64,000 bases of DNA from NCBI GenBank assembly GCA_000708835.1, contig DF236965.1, positions 62,001 to 126,000 of the forward strand, in the 5' to 3' direction. The notes under the pieces were generated by a model. That model saw nothing but the letters and a program-made list of their open reading frames with translations. It did not search any database and was not told where the DNA came from. Below are positions 24,231-36,900 of this stretch, one piece after another. The number at the start of each line of letters is the position of its first letter. Positions within the stretch are counted from its first letter, which is position 1. Made by a program: the position numbers and the translations under genes. The stretch is from Klebsormidium nitens (Eukaryota; Plantae; Klebsormidiophyceae).

Positions 24231-24768
24231 TGGAATCTGGTAGCTAGCAAGACGGGAATTGTGCAGGGTTGTCCTCGCATGCAAAAGCATCATTGCATAC
24301 GAGAACGATCCGATCGCAAGCGGCCACTTAAGTGCTGCAGCAGAAATTGTAATTCAAACCGGCCTCATGCCGTCATGCTGACGAAGCGAATGCTTCAATT
24401 TGAAGTTGTTACATGATATGGGAAATGCAGCTTGCCCAGGCTGATCCTATGTATGCCACCTCAGTACCCAATTGGTGTCGATCACTGAATGCAGCTAATC
24501 TACCCAACTGAAGCTTTCCACGACTGGCAGTAGGATCTCACCACCGCAACTATAACCTGCTCAACCGCAGGTCCCACTATTTCCAAGCACATTTTCATCT
24601 TCGTATGCACCCTCCCTGTCGCGCGCACAATGCATCGACGCCCTGTGCAACGGCCGCTCTCATATTGCCCTTCCGAAGGGAAACCCGGGGCATATGGCCT
24701 ACTTAAGATACCAGTAGTAACACTCTCCAATCGATAAGGCCATAACTGGCCGCCTCTTATATCTGATT

Positions 24769-27700
24769 TCAAACCGCGACCCGAGCAGAGGCTGCTGGCG
24801 GAGCCACATGAAGGCCGGGGGGTGGCGGCGCCTCAGTATCGACGGCGGTTGCGGCACCTCGGGGTGCGGTAGACTGCGCGAGCTCCACGTGGCGGGCCTG
24901 CGGGGGCCCACGAAGCATGAGCTTTCCCGGCTTGTTGCCTTTCCTGTGGCCTATTCTGTGGCCTATTCTGAGCAAAGTTGGCGACATTCCCGGATTCATC
25001 AAGGCGTCATCCAGCCCGGAGGATCCGAAACCAGTTCAACGTATCTCAGTGAAGTGTCTCGAATGTGGTTCATTTCAGAAGAGAACGGTAAAGACAACCG
25101 TCCAGACACGATCAGTGTCCACAATCAAATTGAAATCTTGAAACTCTTTTGAAGCGTTCCGGTCCGTCCACGCTTATTCTTCTTGCTTAGGCAGGGCTGA
25201 ACGAAAAAGGATCTTCTTGCTTAGGCATGGCTAAACAGAGAAGAATCACCGCTCGTCGGACTCACCCCGACCACCCCCGGCGTCTCAAACTCCTCCAGGC
25301 TGCGTCCCTTGGTCTCCGGCACGAAGAAGATGGTGCAGATCAGGCCCAGCCCGTTGGCGATCGTCAGGATCGCCAGCGTGAGCTGCAGGCCGATGCCCGG
25401 CGGGTACGGGTACGCGGCCGCGGCCGACTTGGGTTGGCTCGCGTACAGGAAGCCGAACGCGCCCACGATGGCCCCCGCCTTGCCGCAGGCAGCGGAGATT
25501 CCGTGGCCAGTGGAGCGGAACCTGCGGAACGGGAACGAGGGTTCGTTGAGTTATGGGGTAAGTTCAAGCGGGTTTTTCGTTTTTACCTTTCGGATGATCA
25601 AGCGCGAAGCCTTTAGCTGACTAGGTGCGTGCTGTCTAGGATGCCCTCTTACGGTTTTGCTACGATCGGTGGGACATCACAAAAGCTTGGCGACGGGACT
25701 TGAGGTGGAGGAAAGTGGTTCATTAGGCACCTAAGTGCCCGCTTGTATAAACGAGCGGATGCTTTGCAATGGCAAATACAAAGCTTCCCTGTTTCCTGGA
25801 CTCACTTTGCGGGGAAGATCTCGGACGGAATGATGAACGTAGTCGCATTGGGCCCCCAGTTGGCGAAGAAGAACGTCAGCGAATACAGGGCCACGAACGC
25901 GCCTGCCACGTCAACCAAAACAGAAACCGTCAGTTCATGTCGCGTCGAAAAATACCGGCCCGCAAGTTAAGCCCTTAAATCTTCGCCGTTTTCGTCGCTA
26001 AGTGCACGTAAATTCTGATGCAATCCACGACGACGACAATGCAGAACGTGAAAGTGCGCTAGCTCTCCAGAGGCAACGGTCTGAAACTGACGGGAACCCG
26101 TGTAAGCCTTCCTTTGCGTTTCTCCGAATACGCGAGATTCCCGTTTTTGCGGATGCTCAGCACCTATCATCGTCGGCGTCCCATTCGGCGCCCCTGAACG
26201 TCGCACCCAAGATGTTGCACGGCCAGTATGCGACACGTTACGTTGGAGCTTTACGGGTTTTGACCATATACTAGACTCCCCGCCATTGTTGGAATTATTG
26301 AACTTTCAGTCGAAAAACCTTGGGTGCGAGGTCAAGGAACCCGAACATCTTTGAAATCTTCCCAACGCCCACCTTTCTTCTTGCTGATGCTGGGATAGTC
26401 CGCGGCGAGGATGAGCATAAAGAGCGTCATGAAGAAGAAGCCCATCAGCTGCACCGTCTTGCGGCCCAGCCAGTCCACCGTCGCCACCGTGAAGTAGTAC
26501 CCGGGGATCGTTGACCATAGCGCCACCAGAGCCTGCGCGCGCGCAAAAGATGTCGTCAGCGCGCGCACAAAGATGTAAAACAACCAGTCACGGTGAAGTA
26601 AAACCAGGGGATCGTCGACCACAGAGCCACCAAGGCCTGCGCGCGCGCAGCAATCCCATCAGCGCGCGCACGGGGTGTGCTCGTCATGGGAGTACGATGT
26701 CCGAGCACCTTTCTGGAAACGAGTGCACAGAAAATCACGGGCTCAAGGGAGAGTGCGATCCTAAATGTTCCGGTTGACAGGAAGGAGGGCAGCATGGAAA
26801 AAGCTCCGCCCGAGCATGTAAGATCGACGAGTGCAATATCCGGAAGGCAACGTGGACTTTCCGCCCGTCAGAATTTGCAGTAAGACATACACGTTTCTTG
26901 CACAAAGGAGAATCTTGAATGACGTTGGCAAGTCTGAGGTTGGTCTTGCGTTTGCTTTTGAGGCAGCGGTCACCTGCGCGCGCGCGAGCTTGTAGGTCTC
27001 CTGCAGCGCGCTCATGGTGGTCGCGGGCGGCAGCCAGCCGATGACGGTGAAGACCTGCGTCTGGAACAGGTTCTGGCTGTAGAACGCGATGTCCAGGAAG
27101 AACCACGTGGACGACGTGCCGAAAAGCTGCATCGCAGGAGCGCAATCATTATGACTGTCAAGGGTGAGAGGATAAGACAAAAGAGAAGTTCAAATAGGAT
27201 ACGCAAGGGAGTACGTTGAGAGATTGGAGCTCGCAAACGTTGACATAGTCGAACTTCCTACTTCAGTGGGGGTCCTCGAGATCTGCCAGCTCCTCTTCAA
27301 AAAAGGAGGCGTTTACCCAAACTGGACTGGACTCTCTTCGCACAAACCTTGGAAGCATTCCCGTGCGGTGAAGCCTCGCGGTACCAGGCGATTGAAGGCG
27401 TCATGCAAATCTGTTCCAAAGGCAAACGGGCTTAATGATGCCAACCCGTATTCTGATAAGAGGTATTCTGCGTAGCTTCAGCAATCAAAAACTTCTTGAA
27501 GTCGCGTAATGATCAAAAGAAGGACCATCCAAAATCCCTCGAGCGTCCTAAGAACCGAATACTGCGGTTGCCGGTTCTTGGCAACACGAACGGTTTCAGT
27601 GGCGCGTTTTGGTCAAGAAGACTTGTTTTCCTAGTTGACACGTAATACGAAAGGCTGCGCCCAGGGGCCTAACTGGACCAATGGCGGGAAAATTACAGTC

Positions 27701-30700
27701 ATCGCCTTCGGCTGACGCACGGCGGACTCACGTATCTGCCGTAGTGCCGCAGGAACCAGCCCCAGTTCTGTTCGTCGAAGGGGACAATCTTGGGCGACCG
27801 CCAGCCGCGCTTGAAGTCCGCCCACGCCTGCTTCTGGCGGCGACGCATCCGCTTCCACCAGCCCTCCTTCTTGCTCTCTACGGCATGTCCGTGGTCGCCG
27901 TTAAAATCCAGCGGGCCGTTCGGAACTGCGGCCGCGGCCGCGGCCGCGACGCTAGCGTCGATCCTGTCGGCGTCGCGCTGGATGCGCGCGTCGGCCTCCG
28001 TGAACTGGGTCTTGAGAACCTTGCTCATGTCCACCGCGGTTTTCGCCGCGTTCTGCGCAGGAATCGACGGGCAGGAGCTTCCTAGGTGTAGGAATCTGAG
28101 GTTGAGGGACTCGCTCGGGCCCCTTAACCGCGCACCAAAGATGTTGTTCGATACTTCCGACAATGGCGTCGAAAAAAGTATCTCGTCGTAATACGTAAGA
28201 TTCAGACCTGATGGAATATAGACTGGACGTGCAACAGCTTAAGTGCGAGGTCAAGGTGCCCGTCTTCCTGGACCAGTCCGCATTCAAACGAGGTCCGCGG
28301 CGAAACAGGGTTGGGGGGCTTATATGCGCAGGAGGTGGACTCAAAGTTGCCCCCAGTGGGTCAAATCGCTGATTGTTTCTTCTTAACATCTTTGGAAGCC
28401 CCGCTAATCGATCTGGATAGACGAACATCCAAGACCCGACGCCAACTCTGCCTTTCCAGCGGTTGAAACCTGTGCGTGTCATGCTTTGTCATGCTTGAGA
28501 AAGAAGCCACCAACCATTCACCAGTTATGTTGTTCCTCTCACACAGGATTTTATGTCCTCATGGCACCTTTGAGATTGACGGAAATTCTACCAGACCAGA
28601 CGGAAAACGAAAGAAAAGACAGGTGGGCGGCGCGCGCGTACCCGCGCAACGATGGACGTGTAGCGCGCGGTCTCGGGCAGCTTGAGGCGGTAGTAGAACG
28701 TGAGTATGGCCGGGATGCAGCCGACCGACAGAATGATGCGCCACACAAAGTCAGAGGCGGGGTAGCCCTGCGAGGCTATCTGCAGACGCGGGGATAAGTT
28801 TTGAAGGATAAGCTTTGGAAACAGACTTAGGGGATCTAGTAAACTGGGGACGGTGATCTTGGCAGCGTGTATGGGTGTCTCAAAGCACCAAATTGCTCAG
28901 GAGTGTTCGTAATCAAAACCGGACGAAAGTGCAACCCGCACCGCGCCGAACAGTGAAGGAGCACGGAAACGAAGTAAGAAGGGCGGGAGGCCCGGTTCTA
29001 ACTGCACGTGCACGGAGGTTCTGGCGAGCATCGAAGGATGAAATATAGAGCTTCAAGCAGACTGCAAGACGCCTTTTGTGCCCTTCAGAATTCTTCGACA
29101 AGCTGAAGGAACCGTAGTTTAAGCATGAAGCAATGGTCCGAGATCAGTTGCAGCGCTGGTTCCGGCTGACGTCGGTACGTACCGGTTCCACGCTGTAGGG
29201 GGGTCTAGGGTGGTTGCTCTTGAAAGATCCGGCGACCGCCAGGGTGATGGCGGCCCCTGCAGGCCGAGCGGCAAATCGACGTCAGCAAGGACGTCACAGA
29301 TGCTTGGATTCGACTTCACAATAGGCAAGAGCTGCGTTTGTGGCCGGTTCAATGAGGAGACAGGGTGGCGTTCTTTGTCGGCTGCGGCTTGACGAAACAA
29401 AATGCATGAAAGGATGCACGCTCGTCGAAAGAAAGACCTCATGGAGTCGCACCTGTTATGATGCCGATACCTTGCATGCTGAAGACGGCAGCCACAAAAG
29501 CGCCACGTGTCCTCCTGAGGGGCCAAACGGGACGTCAGCTTAACCCCTGAATTTCCCTACTCAGCCTTGATCTATAAAAGACCTGTTGGTGGCAACTAGC
29601 GACGTAGAGTATGGAGAGGCATGGCAATCGGGAGCAAAGTCGCGTTGTGGTGGTAGGGTTCGCAGCAAAAGATAACATAAGCAGCTGCTGATCTGTCTGC
29701 CGCGCCCGAAGAGTCAATGAGGAGTATACATTTCAGCCAAGTCCGAGTTACCTGTTCGAATACTCGCTCATGATGACGGCAGACAGGGGGTAGTCTCCTC
29801 CGATTCCGACTGCAAGATGCACGCCGAGGATATGCAAACGTACGTCTCTTTGGAATCCGTAGAGCTGCTTCGTGGCTTCTCAGTAGATCCAGCAATTCAA
29901 GAACCAGTGCTCTCTTAAAGAAAGTGTCTTTTGGAATGAATGACGGTACAAATGTTCTATGATCGGACGGACTGGATGGATCGAGAAGTGAAAGCAGTGC
30001 TTAAGACGAGGGAGGAACGGCGCTCACATCCCAGGAAGAAGCGCATGATACAGAGCGTGGTAACGACTGCACGGAAGAGAAACGACGCACGTCAAGAACT
30101 CCGACGTGGATGCTGGCGCCCTTCAGCAGCGCATGTCAAAAGCTTTCTTGTTTCAAAAACGCCAAAGAAAGCCTTGAGTCTCCAGTCTCGTTTGCTGAGA
30201 AGCGGCAAATATTTCCAACTGGGGCCCCGAAAAAGGTAAACGTTGGATATCCAGGATCTTGCTGTGCTTCTCATATGTTGGCTACCAGAGACAAGTTCCA
30301 CGGTTGAAGTACGTCCTCTTGCTGTCATTTGCTGTGTTCAACGATTCATCTCATCTGCGCAGCCCGAAGTTTGCCCACCTGCTTCGGCTGTGTTTCCGAA
30401 AGACAGCCCCTGCGCCGCGCCGAAGACGACCATGATCAACAGCGTCACGCCGTACGCCGTCTTGCGCCCGATCGCGTCGCCGAGCCTGGGTGACGACAGC
30501 AGGAGCGTGTCAGGTTCACACGAAACAATAGACATTTTATATACGTAAGGAACACCGGGTTTTTCTGCTTCAGTGACCGCTGAGTGATCTCTTTGCTTCG
30601 TCCTCTTATACCGCACGATTGACAGGGAAGCATTCACCGTGTTCACTGATTCAAAAATCTCAAAAGGATTCTTGGTTCTTAGGGGCCCAGGCCACGGCCG

Positions 30701-32118
30701 ATAGGTTTCGGCCGCCCAACTCAGCCCCATCCATCCTCTTGACAGCGACGAGATAGCCCAGGAAAGTTTGGCTTTTGATTATCGAGGTTTCTCGCTCAAG
30801 AGGGCATGAGATCCTCTGCATGCTTACGTCAGGCAACGGGCTAATGCTGACGTATAATGATGCAGTCAAAAAAGAAGAGCAGACAATCAGCCAGACTGCC
30901 AGGACGTCCCGCTTACCATCCGAAGAAAAGCTGCCCGCAGAAGGTGCCTACGAGAGCTACCGCCGTTACCGCAGAGTTGGGCCCAATGGGGATTCTGCAC
31001 ATTCAAAATGGACATACATCACCCCGTTATCCTTGCTGATAAGGTTCGCTTGCTTTATGGGATCTCAAAGTGCACGGAGAGAAAGTGCCATTGTGAGTTC
31101 GTCACGTTAGCACACCGTCTACCTACTGCCACAGAAGAAATTGACGAAAAGAAGTTTTGGCCTTTCACAAAAATCCTTTCACCCTTTCCCCTTCCCCTAT
31201 TTAACTGCACTAGGGCATCAGTTCCCAGTCTCCTATTTCAACTGCAATAGGGGGATCAAATGTGGGCAATTGGGCAATTTCTTACGTGGGCACTTTTTTG
31301 GGAAAAGGCGGCTGGCTAGGGATGAAGTAGATGCGACCAATGAGCTTGGTCAAGAGGCCAATCCTGCAACATTGAAGAGTCACAATATTGTGACGTTCGC
31401 TGGACGTCCTGTACAGCATCAAGCCCCGTCTGAAGGCATGCAGGCCAAGATTGCAGTGTTCTCAAACACCGAAGGTTTCTCATGCCGTTCCTCGCAAAGA
31501 TTTTTGACTTCGGACTGAACCAGCAGATCAGCGGGTTGCTTACACAAGCTTAGACTCCCGATGAATCTAGGATCACGTAGGACACGGCTCGTGAGGATGC
31601 TTTCCTTGTAGCGAGAGCCGAAAACTCGCACAGAAAGTACTATTCCAGTTCTTGACGAGGTTTTGCAGACAAGACTTGTTGTTTTTCATATGCGCAAAAC
31701 ACCTCCGCCGCATGGCTTCGCATACGAAAATAGACATCCTGTGCCGGTTTATCAAAGCGTGAAACGCAGTGATCTATCTTCATTGCTGGACAGATCTGAA
31801 AGTCAAATCAGTTGTTGAGTTGGGAAGCTCACACGAAGAGGTCGTATGCATCGTTGAAGAACCCCACACCTGTTCAGGAATCAAGCAAGCAGATCTTAGT
31901 GACTCACCAACAGATCAACAAGCGCTACGAAGCCACTACGCTTTCAAAGCCACGGAACTAAGGACACATGATCTGCCGGGTATTCTCAGCATCCTCAATT
32001 ACTTTCTTTCCACCCCACAGACGTCCTTCCCGGGCTCACCTGCAATGATGATGGCCTGAAAGTGAAACCATGAAACCTTTTTCTTGTCGAGTGCGGTCAG
32101 AACCGAGCTGTGCACCAT
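24769..32118 (-). CDS. PHT1: PHT1/PHO84-type H+:phosphate symporter (MFS)
   Basis: ATG at 32118 ([27 protein letters not shown]|[11 protein letters not shown]). Many small exons encode QLFFGW|[13 protein letters not shown]|[75 protein letters not shown] and [19 protein letters not shown]. The last exon is predicted at 24897-24769 after a G|GTGAGT donor at 25265. Confidence 0.93.
26480..26675 (-). repeat. 104-bp tandem duplication of a PHT1 3' splice site plus exon head
   Basis: The motif gtgcgcgcgctga..gcgcgcgcgcag|GCxxTGGTGGCxCTxTGGTCxACGATCCCC occurs with exon starts at 26636 (decoy) and 26532 (true). Confidence 0.85.
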
Positions 32119-33965
32119 GATGGCGGTCCGGCCAAAAAGCTTCCGCCGAAGAAGATCCAAAGCCCTCTGCAGACTGCAGTGCCTAAGTCTCTTTGCGCAC
32201 CCAAAATGTGGACCGCTAGGTTACCTTTTGGATGAGGCAACGGTTGAGCCTTACTCTTCGAAGCTTCGGAGCTTCCCAGGCAGATAGCAGCACGAGAAAG
32301 GAGGGCCGCCGGCAGCAGGTCCTTGGATTGCAGTCACGCGTTGCTCGGAGTTTTAACTTGACCAAGGAAGAAGTGCAACTCGTGTCGCCTTTCGTAAGCT
32401 TCTGGCACAGTACAAGAGCAGCTTCGAGCCATCGAACAAAGGGAGGAATGCGACTACAGTAGTATGAGGACATCAGTTGAGAATATTTCCAGAAAAGATT
32501 CCTTTGCATGGACCGAGGGCTGACGAGGCAACAAGTCTGTTGGAAGCTCAGCTGGCGGTCTCTCTTTCGGTCGCTCCTCACGTGCCAGAAGTCACGTGCC
32601 AGACACTCATGCATCAGCAATCGAGTTCTGCATACGAAGTCGAGACTGATTACTTTCGGCCAGCGCTTCTCGTTGGAGGTTCGGACGCTATCGAGTTGTC
32701 AGCCCCTTCATCCGTTACGGCTTTTGACGCTGCGGCAAGCAGCGTTCGTCATCCTGTACGGCTTGCCCAGAAAAATCTGGATTCTTGGTAGGTGCAGCCA
32801 GACTGCTCACTTAGCTAAGTAGTAGCATCGTCAATGTTCGACTCGTGCCAGGTCTACGTCCACCTGGTAGCTGTAGCTCTGTAGCTACATCCCGACTCGT
32901 CCAGCGGCGATCGGCAGCTTCCTGAGCTAGGTACATCTTAACTTTTCATTCAAGAATCAATTATCCAACGGCTAGGTTTTGCAGCGCAGAAGTTTGCATC
33001 AACTGACCCCGTCGATTTGGCACGAGCTTGCTTGCTCGTTCAACGCATCAAGTTCGTGCGCGACCTCTCCGTTATCAGAACGACAATGAGCGATCGAGGA
33101 TACATATAAGCTCGCGATCGAGATTCGGCATCGACTTCCCAGACAAGCTGCCGCTCAGCTGCCGGACCATGCTCAAGTGTATGCTGCGCCTTTAGCGCTG
33201 ATACAAGATCTCCGTTCATAGTGATTATGCCACTGCTCGAGTCGTGGTCTAAAACATTCGAGAGTCGTTCCCTGCGATGTAGCTGGAGCTTGCCAAACGA
33301 GCGGTGACTGTACGAGTTTGATTTGCAAGGAGGTCCTTGAGAACTGCATTCCGTTCGATAAAAATAGCAATGAAAGACATGGTGCAGAAGATCATGCATT
33401 CAACCAGACGATGGGATAACGGCGCAATGCACATGACAAGTGCACAGTGGCCGCCAGTGCGGAGCACGTCCAAAGTTGCCAAGTGTGCAGAGGTGCAGCT
33501 GGCCATGTACAAGATGAAGACTTGAACACTCTCGTCTTCTTTTGGAATGGTACAAAATGAACGCGGATGGATGTCCATCAACGGGATGGGTATCATAGGT
33601 TCCGAAGGCACTTCTGGTTTGGCGGTGCTTTCATCCTTTCAAGTTTCCAAGGACGTGCAGTGGGTAGTCCTAGGACTAGGAACTACACTGCTTTGAAAGG
33701 TTACGAACTTCGAACTTCGCGAAAGTCAAACCCGCGAGAATCGCGCACGCTTCGCGACTCCACGTAGCTGGAATCGACGGCTGAGACACGGCCACAAAAG
33801 ATTCCGTGTGGAATCGCAACCGAAAGTCGCGTAGCGATGGTTGCGACCCACGCGGGCAACAGGGACGTCTCCCCCGGGCGTTGCTTGCTGTATTCTGTTC
33901 GAAGAGTGCAGACTCGGAAGTGCCCGGAAGATGGCTTCGCCAACCGGGAGTTGCTCCATTCCATC

Positions 33966-36900
33966 ATGTCCGGCGCGAAGGCACATTTCTGTTTTGAGTG
34001 TTTGAACCGCGGCAGCCAAGTTGGGCAGATTGGCGGCGCCTTCAAAACTTTGAAGGTTTCCGGAAGGTTGGCTGCTGCGCGCCGCCATTGTAATCCCTTG
34101 TGGGGGGAGGGTTGGGCTCCTGGAAGTAGCTGTTCTTGCCAGGATTTGCCGCGCAGGCGCCTTCCAGCGGTCATGCATGTCGGCAATCAGGTCTGCAGCA
34201 CACCTGATTGTGGTAGAATGGGGCAACGGGCGGAGTTGTTGGAGGATGCAGGGCCTTCTGGCGCCACGTCAATGCAAAGGCTATTAGGAGATGCGAGAAT
34301 GGCAGGAGATGAAATGGGGTCGGGGCTACAGGCGAAAGTTCTTGAACTGGGGGACAACCTTCGGAAGATGAGCGGAGGAATCTCAGAACCAGTGAGAAGG
34401 AAACTTGGGGAAGTAGGGAAAGGTTTGGATCAAGCAAGGCGGGGATTGTTGGATGTCCGGCAAGGCCTGGAGCAAAGAATACACCTTCCAAACATAGATC
34501 TGGGATTGGAGGAAAGGCAGACTCCTTTCGTGCAGGTTGACGTGGACACAGATCTCATCCCCTTGAATAAGAATGTCCAGTGGCAGAATGTCAGGCTTGG
34601 ATTTGCAAGCCTTAGCACGCTCGCAGTAGAAAGCCGGCCGCTCCGATTGCCCGCCCTCCCAGATCTCGGAGGTTTGTTGAATCGGCTTCATGTGCCATTC
34701 ATGGATGGGACAGGTGAGGAATCCTGTCTTGGTATGCTTTCCTCAGATCTCAGTGACCTGATCAAAATTAAGCACTGCCTACCAACTTTCTTGCTTACAT
34801 GCAGTCCGTTTGAGTTACAAAGTGGTGGTTGTGGCACAAACATTTTCGGATCACCTGAAGTGCACTATTTCCGCTCTTTCGGTCTGCAGCCATACTGCAG
34901 TACGGCCAGATGCACAAGCATTGGTATCTGGGACTGATTGGAGTGTTGTAAAGGTGCTATGTAGTTTTCTTCGTAGTGAACCAAGTGCGCTATGTTGATG
35001 CAAATGCTGCGACGTACTGACGTTGTCTTTTTTCGAATACAATTCTGCACTCCCTAGATTTGGTGTCTCTTTCCAGCTGCCAGTGATATTTCTGACATAC
35101 GGTATAACAGGACTTATGACATCGGACACAATTTTTCCACAAGTTCTGCGCGCGGTCATATGCAGCATGAGGTCCATGACTTTCTTTCTCCAACTTATCC
35201 CCTCAATAAAATTAAGAAGCTCATCTTTTTCTGCATCAAGGTAGTTACTGCAACGATCCTAATCAGCCCTTTGTGCTGCAGCGCTTAGTCACGTGGTGGC
35301 TGCAACGCTAGCACGCACGGCAGCGCAGGTCGTCGGACATCCTATAGGTGAGCTGCTTCTGTGTTATTGGGTTTCCACTATAGCAGCTCCACTTCATTTA
35401 CATAGAGACAAAGAATATGTGCACCATGTTTGCCAGATCTGAGCTCCACTTTGTGCGCATGTCCGCTCTGCTCGATTGCGCATCTTCAATCCGACTTCGA
35501 TGAGAATGCAAGTTCTTTGTAGGGCATCAGCGACGGCATGTCCGATGTTAAGATTGATCATTATGTTTTTCTCCCATCAGACACTGTGAAGACCAGGCTC
35601 CAAGTCAAGAACCCGCCCAAGAAGCTGCGGAAGTGGAGGAAAAAGATTTCAAAGAAAGCGGTTGGCATTGGTCCGGTCGACATTGACAATTGGTGGTTCA
35701 AGGGGCCAAACGACTTGTACAGAGGAGTGACGATTGCTGTTCTGGGGACGCTGCCGAATGCGTTCATGTACTTCACAACTTATGAACGTAAGTGGACCTA
35801 GCCTTTTTTGCTTGTTGGGGCTAATTTCTCATTGAATGAGCCTGACATGACTGTTTATAGCAGACAAAGAGAGGTTGTTGCGACTAGTTGATGCCCTATA
35901 GGGCACATATATAAGCAATAATTATGTGAGCTACAACAGGAGGGCAACAGCTGACGACCGCCTTTGTGCATTATGCAGTTGCAAAGAGGCAGTTGGAAAA
36001 AAAGAACCTGCCTTCTGATCTTGTCCACATCGGGTCAGCTTCTTTGGGGACGTTTGCCGCTTCCATCGTCCGGGTGAGTCCTTTGGTTCTTTCGCATCTC
36101 CTTCAAGTAAGCTGCTCTATGAACCGCGGACTCTTCGTGAAGACACTGTCTAGTGTGTACTCATCCAGCTAGGGTGTTTGGTTAAAGGCTTCTTTCAAAG
36201 TAAGCTGTGCCGAGTAAAGTTAGCTGATACTCGCCATCCATTGGAATCAGAGATGAGGAAATGGTTGCAACTACAAACATGCTCTGTGAAAAGGAGCTAT
36301 GGCACCGAGTGTCAATGCTTCGAATATATCTTTGTGCAGGTGCCCTTCGACACCATGAAGCATCGAGTCCAAGCTTACATGCATCAGAACTGTGAGCATC
36401 TGGGCTTTCTGGTCGCTGTTTGTTGGTGTTACTTCATTGCAACACGCGCGTGTGCCTCTAGCTTTCCCACCTTGCAACCATCCGTTGACATGTGCTGTCC
36501 TGCGAATGCACCCCTTAACGAGACGTTCACAACACGCAAGGGTACCCTTCGTTATGCAGACTATCCTGCTTCTGGAAGACCTGGTTGCAAGCATTGAAAG
36601 CAGAAGGGGAAGACGTCGAGACCGGGGTGTTTTTCCATATCAGACCGTGGTTGTGCAGCCCCCTTGTGATCAAGTCTGACGGTCGTGCTTAGTAAAGCCT
36701 TGCTTGCGCCAGCCAGGTTATCTAAACACATCCGAGTTTGCTGCAGTGTTCGATGCTGTGAGGACGGTGGTGGCTCAGGAAGGGATCCGGGGTCTGTATG
36801 CGGGGTTCTGGCCGACGCTCATGCGTGATATCCCTGAAATTGCCATACAGGTTAGCATCTTACAACGATAGTTCTGCGAGTTTCGTGAGGTCTCTGTTGG

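Noticed and set aside
29828-30252. Two P1BS (GNATATNC) motifs in PHT1 introns (29828-29835, 30245-30252)
   Set aside because: About two are expected by chance in a 7-kb gene. The motif also occurs in unrelated genes (3367, 5457), and none was seen in the upstream region.
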